A DNA stretch of 64,000 nucleotides from Candidatus Latescibacterota bacterium. Lineage in GTDB: Bacteria; Krumholzibacteriota; Krumholzibacteriia; WVZY01; JAKEHA01. Where the stretch lies: positions 2,240,001-2,304,000 of the forward strand of contig OY970173.1 in the NCBI GenBank assembly GCA_963707635.1, read 5' to 3'. Under the pieces are notes generated by a model. The model saw only the letters and a list, made by a program, of their open reading frames with translations, had not been told where the DNA came from and did no database searches. Below are positions 17,767 through 25,752 of this stretch, piece after piece. Position numbers and translations under genes: made by a program. The stretch's first letter is position 1; every line of letters starts with the position of its first letter.

Positions 17767-17782
17767 GCAAAGTGCAGTTTGC
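17767..17782. promoter_or_regulatory. Candidate enhancer (UAS) for PilR upstream of pilA
   Basis: Imperfect palindrome GCAAAGTGCAGTTTGC ~120 bp upstream of the -24 GG; near-copy at 25221-25236. Confidence 0.55.
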
Positions 17783-17789
17783 CGGGAAG

Positions 17790-19196
17790 CTAGTCGCTCT
17801 CCACCAGCTCCTGCTCGTGTTCGTGCTCCTTGTCCATCTTGTCGAGCCCGTAGCGCTGTATCTTCCGGTAGAGGGTGGAGGCGTTGATCCCGAGGATCTG
17901 GCTTGCGCGCTTCTTCTGCCAGTTGGTGTCGTTGAGCACCTTGATCAGGTACTCCCGCTCGAGCTCGTCCAGGGTGACCTGGGCCCGTTCTGTGATCAGG
18001 TGGTTCGCACCCGACTCGCGCTGGCGGATCTTGTCGGGCAGCGACTCTACCGTGATGTGGGCCGACTCTTCGAGGATCACGGCCCGTTCGACCACGTTTT
18101 CCAGCTCGCGGACGTTGCCCGGCCAGTCGTAGCTCACCAGCACCTCCATGGCGTCCTTCGCGATTCCCTTCTGGCGTTCGCTGGGGAGGTCGTCGTTGTA
18201 CTTGTGCAGGAAGTGCTGCACCAGGAGCGGAATGTCGTCCCGGCGCTTGCGCAGCGGCGGGAGGTGGACCGGGATCACGTTCAGGCGGTAGTACAGGTCG
18301 GCCCGGAAACGCTCGAGCTTGATCGCCTTCTCCAGGTCGGCGTTGGTGGCGGCGACCAGGCGCACGTCCACCTTGATCGGGTTGGTGCCGCCGACCGGGA
18401 TCACCTCGCGCTCCTGGAGGACGCGGAGCAGCTTGACCTGAATCGTCGGGGAGGTTTCGCCGATCTCGTCCAGGAAGAACGTGCCGCCCTGGGCGACCTT
18501 GAACAGTCCTTCCTTGTCCCGAATCGCCCCGGTGAAGGAGCCCTTCACGTGACCGAACAGCTCGCTTTCGAGCAGGCTCTCCGGCAGCGCCCCGCAGTTG
18601 ATGCTAACGAACGGGCCGTTCGCGCGTGACGAGCGGTAGTGGATCGCCCGCGCGATCAGCTCCTTGCCGGTGCCGCTCTCGCCGTAGATCAGAATGGTGG
18701 ATTCGGTGTCGGCGACCTTGTCCACGAGCTGGAAGATCTTGTGCATCTCCTCGCTCTTGCCGATGATGGTCTTGAGGTCCCCGGACTTGCGCAGTTGCTT
18801 CTTGAGGAGCACGTTTTCGGTGCGCACCTTGCGCATGTCCAGCGCGTTTCGCACCACCATCTTGATTTCCTCGTTCTTGGCGTGCTTGATGAGATAGTGG
18901 AACGCGCCCTGGTTGACCGCCTCGATGGCCGTTTTCTGCGACGCGTACGCGGTCATGATCACCACCGGCATGGTCGGGTCGAGGCCCTTGATCTCCTTCA
19001 GCACCTCGATGCCGTCCATGCCGGTCATCTTGATGTCGGTCAGCACGACGTCGTACTTGCTCGCCGCGATTTCCTCAATCGCGCGCTTGCCGGTGTTGAC
19101 GGTGGTGATCTCGTAGCCCTCCTTTCGAAGCATGATCGAAAGGAACTGGCACATGCTCTTCTCGTCGTCGACTACAAGAATGCGCTCTCCGGCCAT
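17790..19196 (-). CDS. pilR: Sigma-54-dependent response regulator PilR (REC-AAA+-HTH)
   Basis: ILVVDDE, TDIKM, GESGTGKE, GSFTGA, FLDEIGE, WPGNVRELEN, HTH LGINASTLYRK. Confidence 0.92.
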   Translation of the reverse strand: MAGERILVVDDEKSMCQFLSIMLRKEGYEITTVNTGKRAIEEIAASKYDVVLTDIKMTGMDGIEVLKEIKGLDPTMPVVIMTAYASQKTAIEAVNQGAFHYLIKHAKNEEIKMVVRNALDMRKVRTENVLLKKQLRKSGDLKTIIGKSEEMHKIFQLVDKVADTESTILIYGESGTGKELIARAIHYRSSRANGPFVSINCGALPESLLESELFGHVKGSFTGAIRDKEGLFKVAQGGTFFLDEIGETSPTIQVKLLRVLQEREVIPVGGTNPIKVDVRLVAATNADLEKAIKLERFRADLYYRLNVIPVHLPPLRKRRDDIPLLVQHFLHKYNDDLPSERQKGIAKDAMEVLVSYDWPGNVRELENVVERAVILEESAHITVESLPDKIRQRESGANHLITERAQVTLDELEREYLIKVLNDTNWQKKRASQILGINASTLYRKIQRYGLDKMDKEHEHEQELVESD

Positions 19197-19225
19197 GAAG
19201 CACTTCCCTTTCTATGGGACTCGAG

Positions 19226-20938
19226 TTACTTCGCGGCGGCGGCAACCTGCCGACTCGCCGCCGATCTCTTCGTTGCATCCGCCGGCGCACCCACCGGCAG
19301 CACAACCGTAAACTCAGCACCGCCGTTTTCGCGGTTGCGATACTCGATCACGCCCCCGTGGGCGACCACGATCTTGTTGGCGATCGCCAGCCCGAGGCCG
19401 GTGCCGCCCTCCTTGGTGGTGAAGAACGGCTCGAACATGCGCGCCATTTCCAGCGACTCGATTCCGGGCCCGCTGTCGGTGAACGAAACCCGCACCAGCC
19501 CGTGCTCCGACGCAAAGGCGGTGATCTCCAGGGTTCCCCGGTGGTCCATCGCCTCGCAGGCGTTGATCGCAAGATTCAGGAACACCTGCCGCATCTGCTC
19601 GTCGTCCATCCACACTTCCGGCAGCCGCGGGTGGCACTCCAGCCGGGTGCCTATGCCGTCGCTCTTCTCGGCGTTCTTCGACAATAGAGTGAGCGTCTCC
19701 TCGAGCGCCCGTTCCAGCTTCGTCGGGTACTTGCTCGGTGTTCGCAGCTTGGCGAAGTCGAGAAAGTCCGAGATGATGCGGTCCAGGCGGTCGGATTCGC
19801 GCATGATCAGCTCCATCAAACGCGTATTCTCGCCGTCGAGCTTCAGCTCGTTGTACAGCATCTCGATCGAGCCGCTGATCGAGGCCAGCGGGTTGCGCAA
19901 CTCGTGCGCTATCCCGGCCGACAGCTCGCCGATCGCGGCCAGGCGGTCCGCCTTGCGGACGCGCTCCCGCATCTCGTGGACCTCGGTGAGGTCCTGGAAC
20001 ACCGCGATCGCGCCCCGCCGGCGCATGGAATCCTCGGTCAGAAACGAAATACTGATCCCCAGCGGCCGCGAGCCGCCAGCGCGCGTTCGCGCCACGATCT
20101 CCTTGCGGTGGGTGCCGCGCGTCGTCGCCAGCGCCGCGGTCAGTTCCCCCGCCAGGTCCGGTACCCGTTGCCCGAGCGCGTCCACCACGCTGCGCCCGAT
20201 CACCTCGGCACCGCCGATTTCCAGAATGTCGCCAGCGGCGGCGTTCATCGTCACTACCCTTCCGCCTTCGTCGACGACCAGCACGCCGCTGCTCATATTC
20301 TCCAGGATGTAGTTCGTGTCGACCCGCAGCTGCTCGAGCGCGGTCTCGGCGTGCTCGAGCGCGCGGCCCTTGAGTTTGATCCGTTCGGCGAGATGGCCGC
20401 CCAGCGTTCCTACCAGGAAGAACATCGACGCGTGCATGTAGGCGTCGATCACGCCGCTGGTCCGGGACGTCGCGAACACTTCTTTCCCCGGCGGCGTCAC
20501 CCAACCGTGCGCTTCCAGAGCCTGGTAGCCCACGAAGCACAGCGACGACAGCATCGCGGTGGCCAGCCCGCCCGGCATCGCCAGCACGAACGCCGCGGCG
20601 GCGATCGTGAGGCAGAAGACGGTGGTAAACTGCCCGCCCGCGCCGCCGCTGTAGTGGACGATTGCGACTTCCAGCGCGACGTCCGCCATCGTCACCGCCC
20701 ACGCCACGCGCCGGGTCGGCGCTCCGAGTCGCGTCGCGCCGTAGGCGGCCGCGCCCACCAGCACGCTCAGCACCAGCACGGTGTAGAGCGGACGCACCGC
20801 GAAGGTTTCGTCGGTAAAGCCGACGATGGTAACCCCCGCGCCTACCACCAGGCTGGCGACGATCGTGCGCAGGACCAAAAACCTGTCCAGCGCGCGACGA
20901 TCGTTGGGATCGGCCGCGTTCGCCCCCGCCACGTCCAC
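19226..20938 (-). CDS. pilS: Sensor histidine kinase PilS (multi-TM, PAS, HisKA, HATPase)
   Basis: AHELRNPL, QVFLNLAINA, DSGPG, FFTTK..GTGLGL; membrane N-terminus; between pilC and pilR. Confidence 0.9.
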   Translation of the reverse strand: MDVAGANAADPNDRRALDRFLVLRTIVASLVVGAGVTIVGFTDETFAVRPLYTVLVLSVLVGAAAYGATRLGAPTRRVAWAVTMADVALEVAIVHYSGGAGGQFTTVFCLTIAAAAFVLAMPGGLATAMLSSLCFVGYQALEAHGWVTPPGKEVFATSRTSGVIDAYMHASMFFLVGTLGGHLAERIKLKGRALEHAETALEQLRVDTNYILENMSSGVLVVDEGGRVVTMNAAAGDILEIGGAEVIGRSVVDALGQRVPDLAGELTAALATTRGTHRKEIVARTRAGGSRPLGISISFLTEDSMRRRGAIAVFQDLTEVHEMRERVRKADRLAAIGELSAGIAHELRNPLASISGSIEMLYNELKLDGENTRLMELIMRESDRLDRIISDFLDFAKLRTPSKYPTKLERALEETLTLLSKNAEKSDGIGTRLECHPRLPEVWMDDEQMRQVFLNLAINACEAMDHRGTLEITAFASEHGLVRVSFTDSGPGIESLEMARMFEPFFTTKEGGTGLGLAIANKIVVAHGGVIEYRNRENGGAEFTVVLPVGAPADATKRSAASRQVAAAAK

Positions 20939-20950
20939 GTCGTTGCCGGC

Positions 20951-22165
20951 CTACCCGTTGCCGACGATGGTCACGAGCTTGAACATCGGGAGGTACATCG
21001 CGATCAGCATGCCGCCGACCACCACGCCCATGATGACGATCATCACGGGCTCGATGACCGCGGTCAGCGCGTCGACGGCCGTGTCGACTTCGCTGTCGTA
21101 GAAGGTCGCGATCTTGTCCAGCATTTCATCGAGCGCGCCGGTCTGCTCGCCTACCGCGATCATCTGCGTCACCATCGGCGGGAACACGCCGCACTGCCGG
21201 AGCGGATCCGAGATCGTGTTGCCCTGGCTGATGCTTTCGCGCGTCGCCAGCACGGCTTGCTCGACCACGCGGTTGCCGGCGGTACGGGCCGTGATCTCCA
21301 ATCCCGAGAGAATCGGAACACCGCTGGAAATGAGGGTCCCGAGTGTGCGCGTGAAGCGCGCGACCGAGCCCTTGCGAATCACCATCCCCAGCACCGGCAT
21401 TTTCAAGAGCATGCGGTCAATATTCAAATGACCGGCGTCCGTCTTGTAGTAGCTCTTGATCGCCACTATGGCGCCAACGATGCCCGCGATGATCGCCCAC
21501 CAGAAGTTGCGAAGGAAATCACTGAGCATGATGACGATCTGCGTCGGAAGCGGCAGCTTGCCGCCGAAGTCGGAAAACATCTTGGCGAAGGTCGGGATGA
21601 TGAAGATGAGCATGAACGCGGTGGCGCCGATGGCCACCACCGCTACCACCGTCGGGTAGGTCAGGGCACTCTTGACCTTACGCTGCAACGCGTCGAGCTT
21701 CTCGAGGAACACGGCCAGCCGGGCCAGGATCACGTCGAGAATACCGCCGGCCTCGCCCGCCTCCACCATGTTGACGAAGAGCTGGTTGAAGATCTTGGGG
21801 TGTTTGGCCATCGCTTCGGCCAGCGTGGAGCCGCCCTCGACGTCGGTCATGACGCGGCCGATCGATTCCTTGAACACTTCCTTGTCGGACTGCTGCGACA
21901 GGATATCCAGGCACTGCACCATCGGCAGGCCGGCGTTGATCATGGTCGCAAACTGCCGCGTGAACACACTGATATCCTTGACGCCGATACGGTCCTTGAG
22001 CGGCAGGCGCATGTTGAGCTTGCTGGTCTTTTCCCGGACCGACGTGATGATGATCTTGCGTTTTCGCAGGTAGCCGACGAGCTCGTCCTTGTTCTCCGTG
22101 GCGTACTCGCCGGAGAGCAACTCACCGCTCGGGCTCCGTCCTTTCCATAGGTATGTCGTCGCCAT
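20951..22165 (-). CDS. pilC: Inner-membrane platform protein PilC
   Basis: FTRQFATMINAGLP, AGEAGG.LD, GEQTGALDEML, MYLPMF. Confidence 0.95.
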   Translation of the reverse strand: MATTYLWKGRSPSGELLSGEYATENKDELVGYLRKRKIIITSVREKTSKLNMRLPLKDRIGVKDISVFTRQFATMINAGLPMVQCLDILSQQSDKEVFKESIGRVMTDVEGGSTLAEAMAKHPKIFNQLFVNMVEAGEAGGILDVILARLAVFLEKLDALQRKVKSALTYPTVVAVVAIGATAFMLIFIIPTFAKMFSDFGGKLPLPTQIVIMLSDFLRNFWWAIIAGIVGAIVAIKSYYKTDAGHLNIDRMLLKMPVLGMVIRKGSVARFTRTLGTLISSGVPILSGLEITARTAGNRVVEQAVLATRESISQGNTISDPLRQCGVFPPMVTQMIAVGEQTGALDEMLDKIATFYDSEVDTAVDALTAVIEPVMIVIMGVVVGGMLIAMYLPMFKLVTIVGNG

Positions 22166-22202
22166 CGTCTAAACCCCCTCGGGATTTCCCGTGTTCGCCG
22201 TG

Positions 22203-23282
22203 CTACCGAGAACCGACCGGCTGTCCCAACATCGTCGACAGCTCCTGCGGGTCGCTGGTTCTGCGCATTGCCTCGTCGAGATCGATTTCCTTTGACACCA
22301 CCGCGTTGAAGAGCGCCTGATTCATGGTCTGCATGCCGTGCTTTTGCCCGGCCTGCATGAGCCCATATATCTGGTGGATCTTGTCGTCGCGGATGACGGC
22401 GCGGATGGCCGGGGTGCACACCATGACCTCGGTCACCAGCGCCCGCCCGCGCCCGCGCGCCCGCGGCACCAGCTGCTGCGCAAGGACCCCTTCCAGCACG
22501 AAGGCGAGCTGCGCGCGAACCTGGTTCTGCTGCGACGGTGGGAACGAATCCACGATGCGATTGATCGATTCGAAGGTGGAGTTGGTGTGGAGCGTGGCCA
22601 GCGTCAGATGCCCGGTTTCGGCGATGGTCAGCGCCGCCGACATGGTCTCGTGGTCGCGCATCTCACCCACCAGAATGACGTCGGGGTCCTGTCGCAGCAC
22701 GTGCTTGAGGGCGGCCCCGAACGTCTCCGTGTCGGATTTGATCTCGCGCTGATTCACGATGCACTTCTTGTGCTGGTGAATGTATTCGACGGGATCCTCG
22801 ATGGTGATGATGTGGCGCCGGCGCTCGCTGTTGATCTTGTCGATGATGCTGGCGAGCGTGGTCGACTTGCCCGAACCGGTGGGGCCGGTGACCAGCAGTA
22901 ACCCCTGCTGCTTCTTGGAGAGCTGCTCCATGACCGCGGGCAGCCCCAGCTCGCGAAAGGTCCGTATCTCGTAGGGAATCTGCCGGATGGCGAGCCCCAG
23001 GCAGCCGCGTTGCAGGTACGCGTTGCCGCGAAACCGGCTCATCCCCTTCACGCCGAACGAAAAGTCCAGCTCCTTGGTCGCCTCGAAGCGCTTCTGCTGC
23101 TCCTCGTTGAGCACGCTGTAGGCAATCGCCTGCGTCTGCTCGGGTGTGAGCGCGGGGCGGTCGGTGGCGATTACCTCGCCGTCGACGCGCAGCATGGGCG
23201 GAAGCCCGGCCGTGATGTGAAGGTCGGAAGCGCCCTTCTCGATCATTTCCTGCAGGAGGTCGCGAAGATTCACCATGGTCAT
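22203..23282 (-). CDS. pilT: Retraction ATPase PilT
   Basis: ASDLH, GPTGSGKSTT, IEDPVEY, LRQDPDVILVGEMRD, TGHL, AIRAVIRD. Confidence 0.96.
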   Translation of the reverse strand: MTMVNLRDLLQEMIEKGASDLHITAGLPPMLRVDGEVIATDRPALTPEQTQAIAYSVLNEEQQKRFEATKELDFSFGVKGMSRFRGNAYLQRGCLGLAIRQIPYEIRTFRELGLPAVMEQLSKKQQGLLLVTGPTGSGKSTTLASIIDKINSERRRHIITIEDPVEYIHQHKKCIVNQREIKSDTETFGAALKHVLRQDPDVILVGEMRDHETMSAALTIAETGHLTLATLHTNSTFESINRIVDSFPPSQQNQVRAQLAFVLEGVLAQQLVPRARGRGRALVTEVMVCTPAIRAVIRDDKIHQIYGLMQAGQKHGMQTMNQALFNAVVSKEIDLDEAMRRTSDPQELSTMLGQPVGSR

Positions 23283-23316
23283 GTACTCTCCTCGAGTCTC
23301 GCTTTGACGGGTTGCA

Positions 23317-24999
23317 CTACTGCTTGGCCGTTTCGCGCAGGACTTCCTCCAGCGATGTCAGCCCATTCTTGAACTTTTCGATGCCGTCCATCCGTAGGGT
23401 CAGCATGCCTTCCTTTACGGCGAGGTTCTTGATTTCGGAATTCGATCCGCGGTCGATGATCATCTCGCGCAGGGTGGGGCTGATTTCCATGACCTCGTAC
23501 ACGCCCACGCGGCCCTTGTAGCCGGTGTCGTTGCACGCCGGGCAGCCCTTGGGCTCGTAGATGCGCAGCTCGTCCGGATTTTCCATGATGCCCAGCTCGC
23601 GGAGCACCTCCGCGTGCACGTTCGCCGGCGTCTTGCACTTGTCGCACAGGCGGCGCACCAGTCGTTGCGCGATGATCAGCAGCACCGAACTCGACACCAG
23701 AAACGGCTCGATACCCATATCGACCAGTCGGTTGATCGAACTGGCGGCGTCGTTGGTGTGGAGCGTGCTCAGCACGAGGTGACCGGTGAGCGCCGCCTTG
23801 GTGGCGATCGACGCGGTGTCGAGGTCTCGAATCTCACCGACCATGATGATATTGGGGTCCTGACGAAGGAAGGCGCGCAGCGCCGCGGCGAACGATAGTC
23901 CAATCGCCTCGTGGACGTTGACCTGGTTGATCCCGGTGATGTTGTACTCGACCGGATCCTCGGCGGTCATGATGTTCGAATGGATCTTGTTGATCTTCTG
24001 CAGCGCGCTGTACAGCGTCGTCGACTTACCGGAACCCGTCGGCCCGGTCGCCAGCACCATGCCGTAAGGGCTCTCGATGGCGTTCACGAAGCGCGCCAGC
24101 GCCGAGGGGTGGAATCCCAGGCGCTGCAGGTCGATCTGCAGGTTGCTCTGGTCGAGAATTCGCATCACGACCTTTTCGCCGAAAATGGTGGGCAGCGTGC
24201 TGACGCGCAGGTCGATCGGCTTGCCGTGCATGCGAATCTTGATGCGGCCGTCCTGCGGCACCCGTTTCTCCGCGATGTCCAGTTCCGCCATGATCTTCAG
24301 GCGCGAGATCATCGCGTTCTTCATCTTGAACGGCGGCGACATCATCTCGTGGAGCATGCCGTCGATGCGGAAACGCACCCGCATCTGCTTCTCGTAGGGT
24401 TCGATGTGAATATCGCTCGCTCCCCGGCCCACCGCGTCGGAGATGAGGCTGTTGACGAGCTTGACGACCGGGGCGTCGGCCGCGGCGGCGACCGCGCCGA
24501 TTTCGGCGTCTTCCTCCTCCTCGACGATCTCGAAGTCCTCCTCGATTTCGCCCATGATGGTGGCGAGCGAATCGGCGGAGTCGTAGAGCCGGTCGATGCA
24601 GCGCTTGATCGCCGTCTCGGTGGCGACTACCGGGCGCACGTCGAAGCCGGTGATGAACTTGATGTCGTCGATCGCGAAGATGTTGTCCGGGTTCGCCATC
24701 GCGACCGTGAGCGTGCGCCCCTCGCGCTTGAGCGGGACCACCTGGAACTTGGTGGCGACGTCGGTGGGGATCAGGTCGACTGCGTTGGGGTCGATGGGCA
24801 CGGCGTCCAGGTCGACGGCCGGGACGTTGTAGACCTGGCCCATGAACTCCGCGAAGGCCATCTCGGAGATGGCGCCTGTCTTCACCAGGTTGTAGCTGAG
24901 CGTGCCGCCGCCCGAGGTCTGCGATTCGAGCGCGCGGGCGAGCTGGTCCTGGCTGATGAGCGACGACTCGAGTAGTTTTTGCGCGATTCGATCTCTCAA
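23317..24999 (-). CDS. pilB: Extension ATPase PilB
   Basis: TTG start with GGAGGG SD; ASDIHIEP, GPTGSGKSTT, RQDPNIIMVGEIRD, CxxC...CxxC, GYKGR. Confidence 0.95.
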   Translation of the reverse strand: MRDRIAQKLLESSLISQDQLARALESQTSGGGTLSYNLVKTGAISEMAFAEFMGQVYNVPAVDLDAVPIDPNAVDLIPTDVATKFQVVPLKREGRTLTVAMANPDNIFAIDDIKFITGFDVRPVVATETAIKRCIDRLYDSADSLATIMGEIEEDFEIVEEEEDAEIGAVAAAADAPVVKLVNSLISDAVGRGASDIHIEPYEKQMRVRFRIDGMLHEMMSPPFKMKNAMISRLKIMAELDIAEKRVPQDGRIKIRMHGKPIDLRVSTLPTIFGEKVVMRILDQSNLQIDLQRLGFHPSALARFVNAIESPYGMVLATGPTGSGKSTTLYSALQKINKIHSNIMTAEDPVEYNITGINQVNVHEAIGLSFAAALRAFLRQDPNIIMVGEIRDLDTASIATKAALTGHLVLSTLHTNDAASSINRLVDMGIEPFLVSSSVLLIIAQRLVRRLCDKCKTPANVHAEVLRELGIMENPDELRIYEPKGCPACNDTGYKGRVGVYEVMEISPTLREMIIDRGSNSEIKNLAVKEGMLTLRMDGIEKFKNGLTSLEEVLRETAKQ

Positions 25000-25077
25000 G
25001 GACGTGCCCTCCGGCGCGTGTCGACGGCCGACCGTGATGTGGAACTGGCGAACAATGGTCCGGTTCGCGTGCAATTC

Positions 25078-25093
25078 CGCAATTCCTGTGCCA
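25078..25093 (-). promoter_or_regulatory. Sigma-54 promoter, pilB-pilT-pilC-pilS-pilR
   Basis: TGGCAC-AGGAA-TTGCG (GG-N10-GC), intergenic. Confidence 0.85.
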
Positions 25094-25220
25094 CGCGTGC
25101 AATGACGCGCGCCGGCCTTCGACCCGGCGCGACCCGCCCACGTCGACCGCCGTGCACCGCGACCGGAAACGACGCGATGCGGCGCCACACGCGCGCGGCG
25201 GCGGCGCGCGGCGGCGGCGT

Positions 25221-25236
25221 GCAAAATGCGTTTTGC
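25221..25236. promoter_or_regulatory. Candidate enhancer (UAS) upstream of pilB
   Basis: GCAAAATGCGTTTTGC, 13/16 identical to the pilA element, ~130 bp upstream of the -24 GG. Confidence 0.55.
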
Positions 25237-25286
25237 CCGACCCACCCGGCGAGGAACGCGAGAGCCGCCGGGCGCGCAGTCCGCGA

Positions 25287-25742
25287 CTACCGGCGGCTCG
25301 CCAGTGCCTGCAATCGTGCGATGGTTTGCGGCCCGATTCCGCGCACGCCGAGGACGTCGTCCCACGAAGTGAACGAACCTCGTCCACGCCTTGCCTCGAG
25401 GAGGCGCGAGGCAAGGACCGGACCAATGCCGGGCAGGAGCTCGAGCGAGTCTGCCGGCGCGGTGGAAAGGTAAACGAGCGGCTCGCGTTGGAAGGAAAGG
25501 GGAACGGAAGAAGTTGCCGGCCGGCCGTCGAGGCGGCCCGCGGGCGCGCGCCGGGTATCCCGCGAGCGGGAGTCCTCCCGTCGCGCGCCCATCTCCACGC
25601 CGGGTGTCGAGTCGTCCGCCGTCCTCGTTAGAGAGTAATCAGGCAGTGCGTCGCGGCTGTGCAGGAATACGTAGGCGACGTTCGACGCCCCGAGTCCGAT
25701 GACCAGCACACCCGCGCCCACCACCCGCCGCATCCACCCCAC
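25287..25742 (-). CDS. comEA: ComEA-like helix-hairpin-helix DNA-binding protein (start may be ATG 25733)
   Basis: N-terminal TM; STAPADSLELLPGIGPVLASRLLEAR..G.F...DDV.GVRGIGP. Confidence 0.85.
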   Translation of the reverse strand: MGWMRRVVGAGVLVIGLGASNVAYVFLHSRDALPDYSLTRTADDSTPGVEMGARREDSRSRDTRRAPAGRLDGRPATSSVPLSFQREPLVYLSTAPADSLELLPGIGPVLASRLLEARRGRGSFTSWDDVLGVRGIGPQTIARLQALASRR

Positions 25743-25752
25743 CCCCCCGGGT

